From a virus, in the IMG/VR virus record IMGVR_UViG_3300033143_002031, positions 96,001-160,000 of that record: a DNA stretch of 64,000 bases; one strand, given 5' to 3'. Made by a program: the position numbers and the translations under genes. The notes beneath the pieces were generated by a model, which was not told where the DNA came from, ran no database searches, and worked only from the letters and a program-made list of their open reading frames with translations. Below are positions 9,527-18,357 of the stretch, one piece after another. The first letter of the stretch is position 1. Each line of letters starts with the position of its first letter.

Positions 9527-9723
9527 GACCGAAGCAGGTTCTCCTGATCATGGTAGCGACGGCGCTCATGTCGATCGCACTATTCAGTGCGGCTCGGAAG
9601 CAACTGCTCCCCGAGGCCCACGCGCAGGTGGGACAGACCATCGAGGAGCGCCAGGTCATCGCGCTGGAGAGGATGGCCAGCGAGATGGGAAGGATGCGAC
9701 GTGACGGAATCAAGTGCCGGTAG
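9523..9723 (+). CDS. Small protein with signal peptide or TM anchor
   Basis: ATG 9523 after AGGAGG; MRPKQVLLIMVATALMSIALFSAA followed by AHA, a possible signal peptidase site. Confidence 0.6.
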   Translation: MRPKQVLLIMVATALMSIALFSAARKQLLPEAHAQVGQTIEERQVIALERMASEMGRMRRDGIKCR

Positions 9724-9907
9724 GACGGTCGTGATGGAGGTGGTGCGGCAGATCGCGCCGCAGTTCTTTGCCGAGGGCCACGAGCGCGTGTACGTGACGA
9801 CGTGCTGCGGCCGGCTCCTCGTGACGACCCGAGAGGTGCTGAAGTGCCGCACGTGTGGCGGCAAACCGCGCGGCCTATGGGTGACCAAGGATGAAGTCGG
9901 AGCCTGA
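9701..9907 (+). CDS. Small zinc-ribbon protein
   Basis: TCCG...CRTCGG; start GTG 9701 is uncertain. Confidence 0.5.
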   Translation: MTESSAGRTVVMEVVRQIAPQFFAEGHERVYVTTCCGRLLVTTREVLKCRTCGGKPRGLWVTKDEVGA

Positions 9908-9978
9908 GCTTCCCCGCGACCCTCGGGTGTAACTGTGGCAAGTCCTACTCTGCTATTCTGAGAAACTTAGGAGGCGCC

Positions 9979-10848
9979 ATGTATGACCTGAACGACACCA
10001 GCCTCGGGCTCTGGATTGACCTCTCCAAGCGGATGGTCCTGACGCCGGACTTCTTCCGATGGTTTGCGGAGACCCTCAAGTTCGACCTCATGTCGATCAT
10101 GATCGACGACGCTGACCCGGCTGTAGAGTTTTCCTGGTCGGCCAAGGACGTCGAGAAGGCCCTGAAGCTGGCCGACAAGTACGCCATCGAGATCGCTCTC
10201 ACGACATGGCCCTACCCGGACGTGAACCAGCTTCGCGTCATGGAGCAGAAGATGGACGCGCTCCTCGGGGTCGGCCCCATAGGGGAGTGGGAGACGGATG
10301 AGGAGTTCAACTGGCAAGAGGACGACGTGGCCGGCTTCGCCAACCTCGACAAGGCTGGCGACGCCCTGGTTGATATCAAGGGCCGGTTGTGCTCGAAGCA
10401 CGAGGTCCGCAACACGATCACGACCTTCACCTATCACCGCGAGAACAGCGCACGCGCGGACACGGCGCAGCACATGGACCGCGTGATGGTGCAAGCGTAT
10501 GCGGTGGACGAGCGCGGCGGTAAAGAGGTCACGTGGGACCACCGTTTCGGCCCGGGTCGGATGCAAACTCTGACCCTGAATCGCACTCTGAAGATCCCCG
10601 GTGTCGCACAAGGCAAGCCGGAACTCGCTGTCGGTCACGCAGCGTGGAACCAGGACCACTTTAGGCGCAAGATGGACGGCCGCTGGGCCACCATGTCGGC
10701 CAACGACGCGATGAAGGCGTCCTTCGAGGCATCGCTCCACTACAAGCCCGTTGCGCACAACTGGTGGAGCGCGAAGTATGCCTACCCGTCGAGTCCGAGA
10801 CACCATCCCTACGCCGAGACCTTTCTCAAGAGCCTGCGCGCTGACTGA
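9979..10848 (+). CDS. Putative TIM-barrel glycoside hydrolase-like protein
   Basis: SD AGGAGG; alternating beta/alpha pattern with a DxE-like motif (ETDEE) after the fourth strand and DRVMVQAY later, reminiscent of GH25/GH18-like barrels. The CDS is certain, the function tentative. Confidence 0.45.
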   Translation: MYDLNDTSLGLWIDLSKRMVLTPDFFRWFAETLKFDLMSIMIDDADPAVEFSWSAKDVEKALKLADKYAIEIALTTWPYPDVNQLRVMEQKMDALLGVGPIGEWETDEEFNWQEDDVAGFANLDKAGDALVDIKGRLCSKHEVRNTITTFTYHRENSARADTAQHMDRVMVQAYAVDERGGKEVTWDHRFGPGRMQTLTLNRTLKIPGVAQGKPELAVGHAAWNQDHFRRKMDGRWATMSANDAMKASFEASLHYKPVAHNWWSAKYAYPSSPRHHPYAETFLKSLRAD

Positions 10849-10858
10849 CCCTTTGCTC

Positions 10859-10887
10859 TTGACGTTTCGTCCTCTCTCTGGTACGTT
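10859..10887 (+). promoter_or_regulatory. Sigma70-type promoter
   Basis: TTGACG-17-TACGTT; preceded by TTTGCTC as at 48283. Confidence 0.65.
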
Positions 10888-10931
10888 CTAGGCAGATGCG
10901 AGAAGTTTTCTCGCAAGAAGGTGAAAGGTAA

Positions 10932-11483
10932 ATGAGCGACCCTCCGAACTTCAGCGGACCAGCGTACAGCCAGCCGCTCGACCAGGATCGGTTAGCTGGC
11001 CAACACGAACGCATCCGTGACCTCATGTCGGACGGAGAGTGGCGGACGCTCCAAGAGATCAAGTCCGTGACGCACGACCCGGAGTCGTCCGTCTCGGCAC
11101 AGCTTCGCCACCTACGGAAGCCGCGTTTCGGCAGCCATGATGTCGACAAGCGCCGTCGCGGGGGAAGCGGGTCGTGGGAGTACAAGGTCTACCCGGCCGG
11201 GACGAACACGAGGACAGGCCAGCCTGGAGCAGCTACCGGGGAGGGGCTCACTCGCGCGGAAGCGAGGAGGGTTAGGGAAGATTTATTCGCGGCCCTGTCA
11301 GTGGCAAACGCTCACAATTTCACGTATCGCTATCGCCCGGCCGTCGAGACGCTCCTGAAGTACCTGGAGGATCTCGCAGGCGACAGCGGCAAGGTGTGCT
11401 CGGTCTGTTCTGGAAGGGTCGCTCGAACATACGACGGGATGTGGTGCCCAGAGCACGGGCTTGTCGAGGTCAAGTACCTATGA
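10932..11483 (+). CDS. Winged-helix DNA-binding protein with C-terminal zinc ribbon
   Basis: RIRDLMSDGEWRTLQEI...ESSVSAQLRHLRKPRFG...WEYKV; CSVC..WCPEH. Confidence 0.7.
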   Translation: MSDPPNFSGPAYSQPLDQDRLAGQHERIRDLMSDGEWRTLQEIKSVTHDPESSVSAQLRHLRKPRFGSHDVDKRRRGGSGSWEYKVYPAGTNTRTGQPGAATGEGLTRAEARRVREDLFAALSVANAHNFTYRYRPAVETLLKYLEDLAGDSGKVCSVCSGRVARTYDGMWCPEHGLVEVKYL

Positions 11484-12160
11484 GGTGGGGTCACATCTGG
11501 GAGTGCCCCTACGACGACGAGGGATGGAAGGCGTGGATGGAAGAGAACATCGGCAAGGTCTCACTCCAGACGGTGTGGGAGAAACAGGTCAAGGACTGCA
11601 CCCGCTGCCGTCTCCACGAGGGCCGGGACAAGATCGTCTACGGCATGGGCAACACGGAGTCGCCTGACTTCCTTTTCATCGGTGAAGGCCCCGGGGCGAA
11701 GGAGAACGTGACGGGGGAGCCGTTCGTGGGTCCCGCTGGCAAACTCCTGGACTCGATCCTCGGCCACATGGGCTACAAGCGGGAGGACATCTACATCTGC
11801 AACGCTGTGGCTTGTCATCCACCTGGCAACCGGGACCCGAAGCCCGACGAACTTGAAGCCTGCATGCCGATCTGGACCTCTCAGGTCGTCGCGGTTCGGC
11901 CCAAGATGATCATCGCGCTCGGCAAGGTCTCCGGGAACGTGCTTCTGGGGACCAAAGGGCAGGCTGTCGGCCAGATGCGGAAGAAGATCCACACCTGGGA
12001 CAAGCTCCCTCTCCAGGTGACGTATCACCCGTCTGGGATGCTCCGGAACGAGGAGTACAAGCAGCCGGCATGGGACGATCTGAAGAAGGCCATGCGCCAC
12101 CTGAAGGCCATGGAGGTGCGCTCGCGGGACGCGGGACCGCTGTTCGGGGGCGAGGCATGA
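11480..12160 (+). CDS. udg: Uracil-DNA glycosylase, family 4 (4Fe-4S)
   Basis: CTRC.L, IGEGPG, PFVGPAG.LL, N...CHPPGNRDP...C, TYHPS. Confidence 0.92.
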   Translation: MRWGHIWECPYDDEGWKAWMEENIGKVSLQTVWEKQVKDCTRCRLHEGRDKIVYGMGNTESPDFLFIGEGPGAKENVTGEPFVGPAGKLLDSILGHMGYKREDIYICNAVACHPPGNRDPKPDELEACMPIWTSQVVAVRPKMIIALGKVSGNVLLGTKGQAVGQMRKKIHTWDKLPLQVTYHPSGMLRNEEYKQPAWDDLKKAMRHLKAMEVRSRDAGPLFGGEA

Positions 12161-12408
12161 ACGACTCGGTACGAAGGAAACGCAAGCGGGCGCGTTTCAC
12201 GCACGACCCCGCGCTTGTCCAACTGGCGGAGGACGCGCAGGTCATCACTCGCGAGCAGGTGGAAGGCGTCGTGCATGTCATCGGGAAGGACTCTGCGGCG
12301 GCCGACGCTTTGGAGCGAGCAGACGAACACAGAGGCCCTGTGCGCTTCTGGTACTCGAAGTCGCGGGGCATGTTGAGCGTGGAGTTGATCAAGGACACGA
12401 GGCACTAG
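12157..12408 (+). CDS. Hypothetical protein
   Basis: ATGA overlap with udg; basic N-terminus. Confidence 0.55.
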   Translation: MNDSVRRKRKRARFTHDPALVQLAEDAQVITREQVEGVVHVIGKDSAAADALERADEHRGPVRFWYSKSRGMLSVELIKDTRH

Positions 12409-12437
12409 TTGTGGCTACCAGCAAACTCCCCTATAGT
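12409..12437 (+). promoter_or_regulatory. Promoter for a probably leaderless transcript
   Basis: TTGTGG-17-TATAGT, then 7 nt to in-frame GTG at 12445; no SD. Confidence 0.5.
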
Positions 12438-12444
12438 CAGGCCC

Positions 12445-12672
12445 GTGGGTGCAAGGAAACAAGACCGTTGTGTGGTCTGTGGCAAGCCTGTCACGACAAA
12501 GGCCATCCGTATCGCAAAGGGCACGATCAAGAGCGGAGAGTGGAAGGAGCGGTCCCTCTTCGGGGTCGCGCACGAGTCGTGCTTCGCGTCAGCAGTCGAG
12601 TCCCCCGACATGGTGGTAGACGAACTGCGGCGGGTGTCTCGTGAGCCGCTTGCTGGACAACCTACACGCTGA
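12445..12672 (+). CDS. Small zinc-finger protein
   Basis: CVVCGK...HESCF; start reassigned to GTG 12445. Confidence 0.6.
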   Translation: MGARKQDRCVVCGKPVTTKAIRIAKGTIKSGEWKERSLFGVAHESCFASAVESPDMVVDELRRVSREPLAGQPTR

Positions 12673-12895
12673 ACTCGAAGCCGCCGGCCTGAAGCCTGGC
12701 TCGGAGCCCTTTGAGAGGGAACTCCGGGATCGGAAGGTCCAACTCTGCAAAGAGGCCAAGGCTCTCTCCTCGTGTTGGGACTGTGACTACTTCGACCACT
12801 GCGATCTCGTGAAGGCGCACTTGCGCGACATGTACAAGGTCCAACAAGCGAAGAAGGGAGGTACGGGTGGAGGCTCGACCCCAGCATCCTCTTGA
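12641..12895 (+). CDS. Small Cys-rich protein
   Basis: CKE..SCWDCDYFDHC. Confidence 0.55.
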   Translation: MSRLLDNLHAELEAAGLKPGSEPFERELRDRKVQLCKEAKALSSCWDCDYFDHCDLVKAHLRDMYKVQQAKKGGTGGGSTPASS

Positions 12896-13148
12896 AGACC
12901 GGGCGCTTCTGGCGGAGATTGCCAGGGCACTCGTAGACACCCCCGTGCACGTTCGAGTGGAAGAGGAGCAGGTCGGCCCGAAGCTGGTCCTGCACCTCTA
13001 CGTGCTCCCCCAAGACCGGGGCCGGATCATCGGCAAACGAGGCCGCACGATCCGAGCCCTACGGCAGGTGTTCTCCGCGATCGGCATGGCTGACGGCCGG
13101 CAGGTCGTGGTCGAAGTGGACGAGTCGGACGAGCCTCATTACGATTGA
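12867..13148 (+). CDS. khpA: KH-domain RNA-binding protein, KhpA/YlqC family
   Basis: IARALVDTP..VRVEE...LHLYVLPQDRGRIIGKRGRTIRALR..VVVEV: single type-II KH domain with GxxG loop. Confidence 0.88.
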   Translation: MEARPQHPLEDRALLAEIARALVDTPVHVRVEEEQVGPKLVLHLYVLPQDRGRIIGKRGRTIRALRQVFSAIGMADGRQVVVEVDESDEPHYD

Positions 13149-13174
13149 CAATCGCCATTCTTTGTGGTACACAT
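13145..13174 (+). promoter_or_regulatory. Sigma70-type promoter
   Basis: TTGACA-ATCGCC...TGTGG-TACACAT. Confidence 0.6.
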
Positions 13175-13243
13175 GAAGAGTGAATCAGGCACTCTGGCCG
13201 GAGCACGGTTGCTCCCGCTGATTGCCGGAAGGAGAAGATCGAG

Positions 13244-13819
13244 ATGACATTCGAGGAAGCAGTAGAGAAGTACGTCGAGCCGATCTTGACGGGCGACATC
13301 ATGACCTCAGACGCCGAGGAGGCCAACGTGGCCAGCGTCGTCCAGTCGTGGGTCCTCCTGAAGCACACGAAGGAGCGCATCGAGGAGCGCATGAAGGGGC
13401 TCCGGAACGTGCTTCTGGGCCGCGCCGAGGAGTTCGGGAAGGAGACGGAGAAGGGCGGCAGCAAGCTCTCGGTGGAGGGCTCCCTCGTCCTGCGCGAGAG
13501 GCGTCAGGCCGCGCTCCCCGACGAGAAGAAGATGCGAGCGATCCTGGACGAGCACGGGGTCAAGCCCGACCAGGCGTTCACCAAGGTCTCCAAGGTCGTC
13601 CTGGACGCCTCGAAGGTCCAGGGGCTCGTGGACCTCGGGAAGATCCCGGAGAAGAAGGTCGACGACGCGAAGAAGGTCACCTGGGCGCTCCGCGTGAAGG
13701 AGAGCCACGAGTTGGCTGAGTCCCTCGACCGGATGGTCGGCGAGGCCGGGGAAGAGATCGTCGAGAAGGCTCCCAGGGCGAAGCGCGCCGAAGCCAACGG
13801 GAACCGGAAGGAGGGCTGA
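13244..13819 (+). CDS. Hypothetical phage protein (coiled coil plus beta region)
   Basis: SD AAGGAG; strong GC3 bias. Confidence 0.7.
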   Translation: MTFEEAVEKYVEPILTGDIMTSDAEEANVASVVQSWVLLKHTKERIEERMKGLRNVLLGRAEEFGKETEKGGSKLSVEGSLVLRERRQAALPDEKKMRAILDEHGVKPDQAFTKVSKVVLDASKVQGLVDLGKIPEKKVDDAKKVTWALRVKESHELAESLDRMVGEAGEEIVEKAPRAKRAEANGNRKEG

Positions 13820-13820
13820 C

Positions 13821-14660
13821 ATGGGGGACATGACCGTCGAGAGGCTTCCCAACGACGCCTTCACCCCGAAGGGCGACCTCATCTACGAGGACGTGGCGGA
13901 GCACCTCCCGCTGTTCGACAAGATCGGGTTCAACGCGAACCTCATCCTCGTCGGGCCGAAGGGGGTCGCCAAAACTCTCTCCATCGCGTCCTGGGCTCAC
14001 GAGAACGATCACCCGATCGTTACCTTCGATTGCAGTGAGGACATCCGCCGGGCGCACCTGCTCGGCATGTTCACGCTCAGGGGTGATGAGAGCCCGTTCA
14101 TCCTCGGTCCGCTCCCCACGGCTATCGAGGTCGCGAACGAGGTGGGCCGGTGCATCCTCTGCCTCGAAGAGATCAACGCCCTCACCCCTTCCGTCCAGAA
14201 GATGCTCAACGCCATCGGAGATTACCGGCGGCGGATCGAGGTCCCCGAGTGCAAGCGGGTCTTCGAGTTGAAGAATGGGGCGCAACTCTGGCTCTGCGGG
14301 ACCATGAACACCTCGGTCTACGGTGGCGTCTACGAGTTGAACGAGGACTTGAAGAGCCGCTTCCGCATGCTGCCGGTGGAGTACCCCTCGAAGGGCGAGG
14401 AGACGCGCATCCTGAAGAAGGTCGTCGGCGGCGGGGTGAAGAAGGAGACGATCAAGGACGTGCTCACGCTCGCGCACGAGACGCGCCAGAAGAGCCTCGC
14501 CTACTCGCTGTCCCCGCGCGACACGGTGCAGATCCTCGAAGACATCGGCTACTGCGGGCTGGAGGACGCGCTGCGCCTCGCTTCCGGGAAGTTCGAGGGC
14601 CAGGACCGAGACTATTTCCTCACGAGGGTGCAGTCGGTCTTCGGTATCACACTCAAGTAG
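13821..14660 (+). CDS. MoxR/CbbQ/NirQ-type AAA+ ATPase
   Basis: Walker A GPKGVAKT, Walker B LCLEEIN, TMN, E.LKSRF, SPR. Confidence 0.85.
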   Translation: MGDMTVERLPNDAFTPKGDLIYEDVAEHLPLFDKIGFNANLILVGPKGVAKTLSIASWAHENDHPIVTFDCSEDIRRAHLLGMFTLRGDESPFILGPLPTAIEVANEVGRCILCLEEINALTPSVQKMLNAIGDYRRRIEVPECKRVFELKNGAQLWLCGTMNTSVYGGVYELNEDLKSRFRMLPVEYPSKGEETRILKKVVGGGVKKETIKDVLTLAHETRQKSLAYSLSPRDTVQILEDIGYCGLEDALRLASGKFEGQDRDYFLTRVQSVFGITLK

Positions 14661-14670
14661 CGGGGGCGCC

Positions 14671-16638
14671 ATGTCTGACATCGACGTTGACGCCCTCCTG
14701 AAAGCGGGCGTGGATTCATCCCAGAAGGCGATGGCGTACAAGACGGTCGACGTCTTCGCCGGGATAGTGGAGCGAAAGCTCTGGCTCAAGGACGCTCGGG
14801 ACGGACAGCCGAAGACCAACGGCTACCTGATCGAGGTGCCCTTCATGCACCCCCGCGCGTACCAGTACACCGAGCACGAGATCAGCCACATCCTGTTTCA
14901 GAGCGACTTCCTGGCGAAGCAGAAGTTCGTGGAGGAGTACTCCGAAAAGATCGGGCAGGTCGCCAAGGGGGCCGGGACGCCGATCAACGAACGGATGCTC
15001 CGCGCGGGCCTGGACGGCATCATAGGCGTGCTGGACGACGAGCGGGTTATCTCGCTCTGGGGGCTCCTGTACAAGGGCTCCGAGGCCATCATGCGGCGTA
15101 TGAAGGCGGACGAGGTGAAGCCGTATCTGGGTATGGTGCACGAGGACTTCATCTCGCTTCTCATCTGTGTGGCGAGCGGCAACGATGTCCCACCGGGAAA
15201 GCTCGACCGATTCGTCCCGTACATGCGCGAGGCGCTCCGCAAGGTGCACCTCCGGGACTACTTCGGCTGCCTCGTGGCCGCGAAGTGGCTCATCGTGCAA
15301 CTGGTGAGCGAGATCATCCGGGAATCGAGGGGTGAGGAGCCCCCTCCAATGCCCTCATTCCAGCCCGGGGCCGGGCAGGACGGTCAGTTCGGGGCCAAGA
15401 ACGCCCCTGACGGCCTTCCAGACGACTCAGAACCCTCCGGGCCGCCATCCATGCCCTGGGAGGCCGGAGACGCTCAGGAGGGCTCTGAGACCCCTTCTGG
15501 GGGCCACGGAGGGGATGCTTGGGAGCCCCCGAAGGTCCAGGCCGGTCTGGAAGCCCGTTCCAAGGCCATGCAGGACACGATTGACAGGCTCGGGGTCGCC
15601 CCGAAAGACCTCACGAGCGAGGTCGGAGAGTCACGCTACAAGAAACGCGGCGAGGAGACCAAGGCCAACCGTCGGGCTCGGGCAGCGATCAACGCTGACG
15701 TGAAAGACGGCGACAAGTTGGAGACGGCCCTGGAGATTTCTTCGGAGCAAATGATCCAGATCGTGGAGAAGGCCCGCCACGCGACCAAGAATACCCCGAA
15801 CCACGACGATAAGATTCGGCAGGAGAGCTACGCCAAGGTGGTCTTCAAGGACGTGATGCCCTCCCCGCACAGCGACCCGCACGCCAGGATCGAGGACGAG
15901 GACGAGGACACGGTGCGGCGCCTGCGCGCGATGTTCCACCGGGTCATAGGGCGCCGCGTGAACACCTTGGAGGACTCTGGGTCGCAAGTCGACATTCCGG
16001 CTCTTATTGAGCGCCGGATGACCGGGGAGCCCCTTCCCGTCTTCCGCGTGGACAGCTTCGGCCGGGGCTTCAAGACCGTCGTCCTTGTGGACCGCTCCAT
16101 CTCCATGAAAGGGAAGCGAACGGCGCAGGCCGAGAGAGCTTGCAGGATCATCTCTCGGGCGCTGGACTTCCCGTTCGTCGCGCGCACCGTTTGGGGCTTC
16201 CAATCGTGGAAGGACGGCGAGGTAGACATCACACGATTCAAGGCCGGGCAGGAGGTCTTCGAGTCGGAGGCAGCGGCAGTGGGCGGCCACACGCCCTTGC
16301 ACACGGCTATCCGGGTCGCGCTCCGAGAGTTGGAGGACGGCACGGATAAGAAGCACCTGTTCGTCATCTCGGACGGCTTCCCTGTCTTCGCTCGGCGTGA
16401 CGGCGCGCACTTCGGGACCCAGACGCTCATGGCGTTCGTCCGGAGCAACGTCATGACTGCTCGCTCGAAGGGCATCGGGGTCACTGGGGTGATGATCGGC
16501 CACGACATCAAACCCAAGGGGATGTCGTTCATGTTCGGATCGTCGAAGTTCTGGCGGATCATGGGGGAGGACTCCTTCGGCAACGACCTGGTGCAACTCG
16601 TCACCGGGGCGTTTGTTGAGTACCTCCGGACGAGGTGA
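14671..16638 (+). CDS. vWA-domain protein (CobT/NorD-like) with N-terminal HExxH
   Basis: EHEISH near the N-terminus; MIDAS VLVDRSISM, GGHTP, VISDG.P; adjacent to the MoxR ATPase. Confidence 0.85.
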   Translation: MSDIDVDALLKAGVDSSQKAMAYKTVDVFAGIVERKLWLKDARDGQPKTNGYLIEVPFMHPRAYQYTEHEISHILFQSDFLAKQKFVEEYSEKIGQVAKGAGTPINERMLRAGLDGIIGVLDDERVISLWGLLYKGSEAIMRRMKADEVKPYLGMVHEDFISLLICVASGNDVPPGKLDRFVPYMREALRKVHLRDYFGCLVAAKWLIVQLVSEIIRESRGEEPPPMPSFQPGAGQDGQFGAKNAPDGLPDDSEPSGPPSMPWEAGDAQEGSETPSGGHGGDAWEPPKVQAGLEARSKAMQDTIDRLGVAPKDLTSEVGESRYKKRGEETKANRRARAAINADVKDGDKLETALEISSEQMIQIVEKARHATKNTPNHDDKIRQESYAKVVFKDVMPSPHSDPHARIEDEDEDTVRRLRAMFHRVIGRRVNTLEDSGSQVDIPALIERRMTGEPLPVFRVDSFGRGFKTVVLVDRSISMKGKRTAQAERACRIISRALDFPFVARTVWGFQSWKDGEVDITRFKAGQEVFESEAAAVGGHTPLHTAIRVALRELEDGTDKKHLFVISDGFPVFARRDGAHFGTQTLMAFVRSNVMTARSKGIGVTGVMIGHDIKPKGMSFMFGSSKFWRIMGEDSFGNDLVQLVTGAFVEYLRTR

Positions 16639-17117
16639 ACGTGGCGAAGAGGAAGCAGAAAGCTCCTCCCAAGAGGCGCCTGGTCTACGAGGGGCCTGTG
16701 GGCCGCTGTCCGTGCTGCGACAAGCCGACGGAGGTGAGACTAGGCGGGACCCTCGGAGACCCTGAGACGACGGGCTGGACGGTGCCTACGGATGTTCTGG
16801 AGGTGCTCTACAGGCAGGTCGCGGTTCGCACCCAAGAGAAGGCCGGGAAGCTGTACGTGACCGACCCGAGCGAGTACGACGCGACGCGACGGTCGAAGCT
16901 GTTTTTCGTGGATGGTGACGATGGCATCGCTGGCCCCTTCGGTCAGTTGGGCCTGAAGGTCTTTCTCGGAACTCACTTCGGTGAGGACCACACTGAGGAC
17001 GTCCGCATTTATGTCGTCGCTACGACCCCCCGAGCCCTCGCCACCATCCGCGATTCCCCCTTCGCGCGGGAGCCCGACGAGCCCGACGACCTCGACGGGT
17101 CGGCTGACCTGTTCTAG
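16635..17117 (+). CDS. Hypothetical protein
   Basis: GTGA overlap; CPCC motif. Confidence 0.6.
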   Translation: MNVAKRKQKAPPKRRLVYEGPVGRCPCCDKPTEVRLGGTLGDPETTGWTVPTDVLEVLYRQVAVRTQEKAGKLYVTDPSEYDATRRSKLFFVDGDDGIAGPFGQLGLKVFLGTHFGEDHTEDVRIYVVATTPRALATIRDSPFAREPDEPDDLDGSADLF

Positions 17118-17121
17118 GCTG

Positions 17122-17136
17122 GCGACCAATGGTCGC
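17122..17136. promoter_or_regulatory. 15-bp palindromic operator-like site, copy 1
   Basis: GCGACCA-A-TGGTCGC; also at 27242 and 61386; 18 nt upstream of ATG 17155. Confidence 0.7.
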
Positions 17137-17154
17137 AAGAGAAGGAGGGGTAGG

Positions 17155-17862
17155 ATGTCATCCTGGTTCAAAAAGCCGCTCAACATCGGCATCACCATTG
17201 GCGCGGCGCTGCTCACCGCTGCCGCAATCTTCCTGATCGTCTGGGGTGTGACGCACCACACTGAAGGTGAGATGCTGGAAGTGTGCTGGGCCGCTGACGG
17301 CTCGGCGCGTTATGTGGAAGGCTCGGAGAGAGACCATGGGGCATGTGAGGGGGCTCAAGAACTACGTTGGCCGCAGGAACAGATACCGCTCACCCTCGCG
17401 CCCGTGTCGTCTGAAGGGCAACCACTGGCAGCAGACGCGCCTGAAGTCCGGGTTCTCGGCCAGGCCGTTTCCGACCTCAATCGCCAAGTCGGCTTCGAGC
17501 TTTTCCGGATGGGAACCGGACTACAGCCCTCCGACGCGGAAGTTCGCTTTGGTGGAGCGTTTCCTTGCGGCGAAGGGGCCGCCACCCCACCCCCGGGGTA
17601 CACCACCCACACGCGGTTGGGCGGCACCTCTACATACCGAGGTCACGTCTGGATACGGTCAGACGTGGGATCAGAGGACCGTCTACTATTTCTTGTCCTA
17701 GAGCACGAACTGCTACATCTCGCCGGGCTGGCCCACGACGACTTCACCATGTCGATCATGTTCCCTCTCACCCATGAGGAGTGGGAGACCGGCGTCATGA
17801 CCACGGCGCATGTAACAGACCGGGATATCAGCAATCTTCAAGCACGGTATCGTCGGCAGTAG
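17155..17862 (+). CDS. Membrane-anchored matrixin-like (metzincin) metalloprotease
   Basis: N-terminal TM helix; HELLHLAGLAH zinc motif followed by Met-turn SIMFP. Confidence 0.8.
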   Translation: MSSWFKKPLNIGITIGAALLTAAAIFLIVWGVTHHTEGEMLEVCWAADGSARYVEGSERDHGACEGAQELRWPQEQIPLTLAPVSSEGQPLAADAPEVRVLGQAVSDLNRQVGFELFRMGTGLQPSDAEVRFGGAFPCGEGAATPPPGYTTHTRLGGTSTYRGHVWIRSDVGSEDRLLFLVLEHELLHLAGLAHDDFTMSIMFPLTHEEWETGVMTTAHVTDRDISNLQARYRRQ

Positions 17863-17868
17863 GTGATC

Positions 17869-17897
17869 TTGACTATTCACCTGCTAGGTGGTAAGGA
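17869..17897 (+). promoter_or_regulatory. Probable promoter
   Basis: TTGACT-17-TAAGGA, with GG before TA as in the other copies. Confidence 0.4.
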
Positions 17898-17905
17898 GAG
17901 GACGA

Positions 17906-18229
17906 ATGCAGGCTTTGAGAGGACTCAGCAAGGCGGACACCTTGCGGCTTGTGGGGATCGAGCAGTACGTCAAGACGGGCAAGCGCTCGGACGGTCTCCA
18001 GGTGACGGACGAGTGGGTGGACGAGTCGATGGCGTTCCTGGCCGGGAACATGCGACCGAAGCTGGAAGCGTGGGCCGAGATCGCAGACCAGTCCGACAAG
18101 GATGCTCTCGTCGCGCTAGCCGCTCGAAAGCTGTGCCGATTGTGGAAGCGAGGCGTGAACGGCGAGCAGCGTGAGGCCGCTTTCCGGGAGCTAAAGCAGC
18201 GCATCCTGGAGTCCGGCGAGCGCCTCTGA
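17906..18229 (+). CDS. Hypothetical protein
   Basis: ATG 17906 after AAGGAG. Confidence 0.6.
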   Translation: MQALRGLSKADTLRLVGIEQYVKTGKRSDGLQVTDEWVDESMAFLAGNMRPKLEAWAEIADQSDKDALVALAARKLCRLWKRGVNGEQREAAFRELKQRILESGERL

Positions 18230-18357
18230 GTGGCAAGATCGTGCCTCTCTGTGTTATGTTCTGCGGCCGTGAGCAACGCTCTGCACACCGATCTTTCCCT
18301 GCATGTTGAATAGCGACGACTGATCCCGGTGTGCCGGGCTCAGGAAGGAGGTAGCCG

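Noticed and set aside
14150-14701. Long same-strand alternative-frame ORFs (also 38282-38974 and 34500-34865) as dual-coding genes
   Set aside because: Unlike the intein case they have no SD or protein motifs; long open shadow frames are expected at this GC3.
9935-18237. GTGGCAAG in two intergenic regions (9935 and 18230)
   Set aside because: Spacing to the candidate -10 boxes is inconsistent, and two copies of an 8-mer are compatible with chance.
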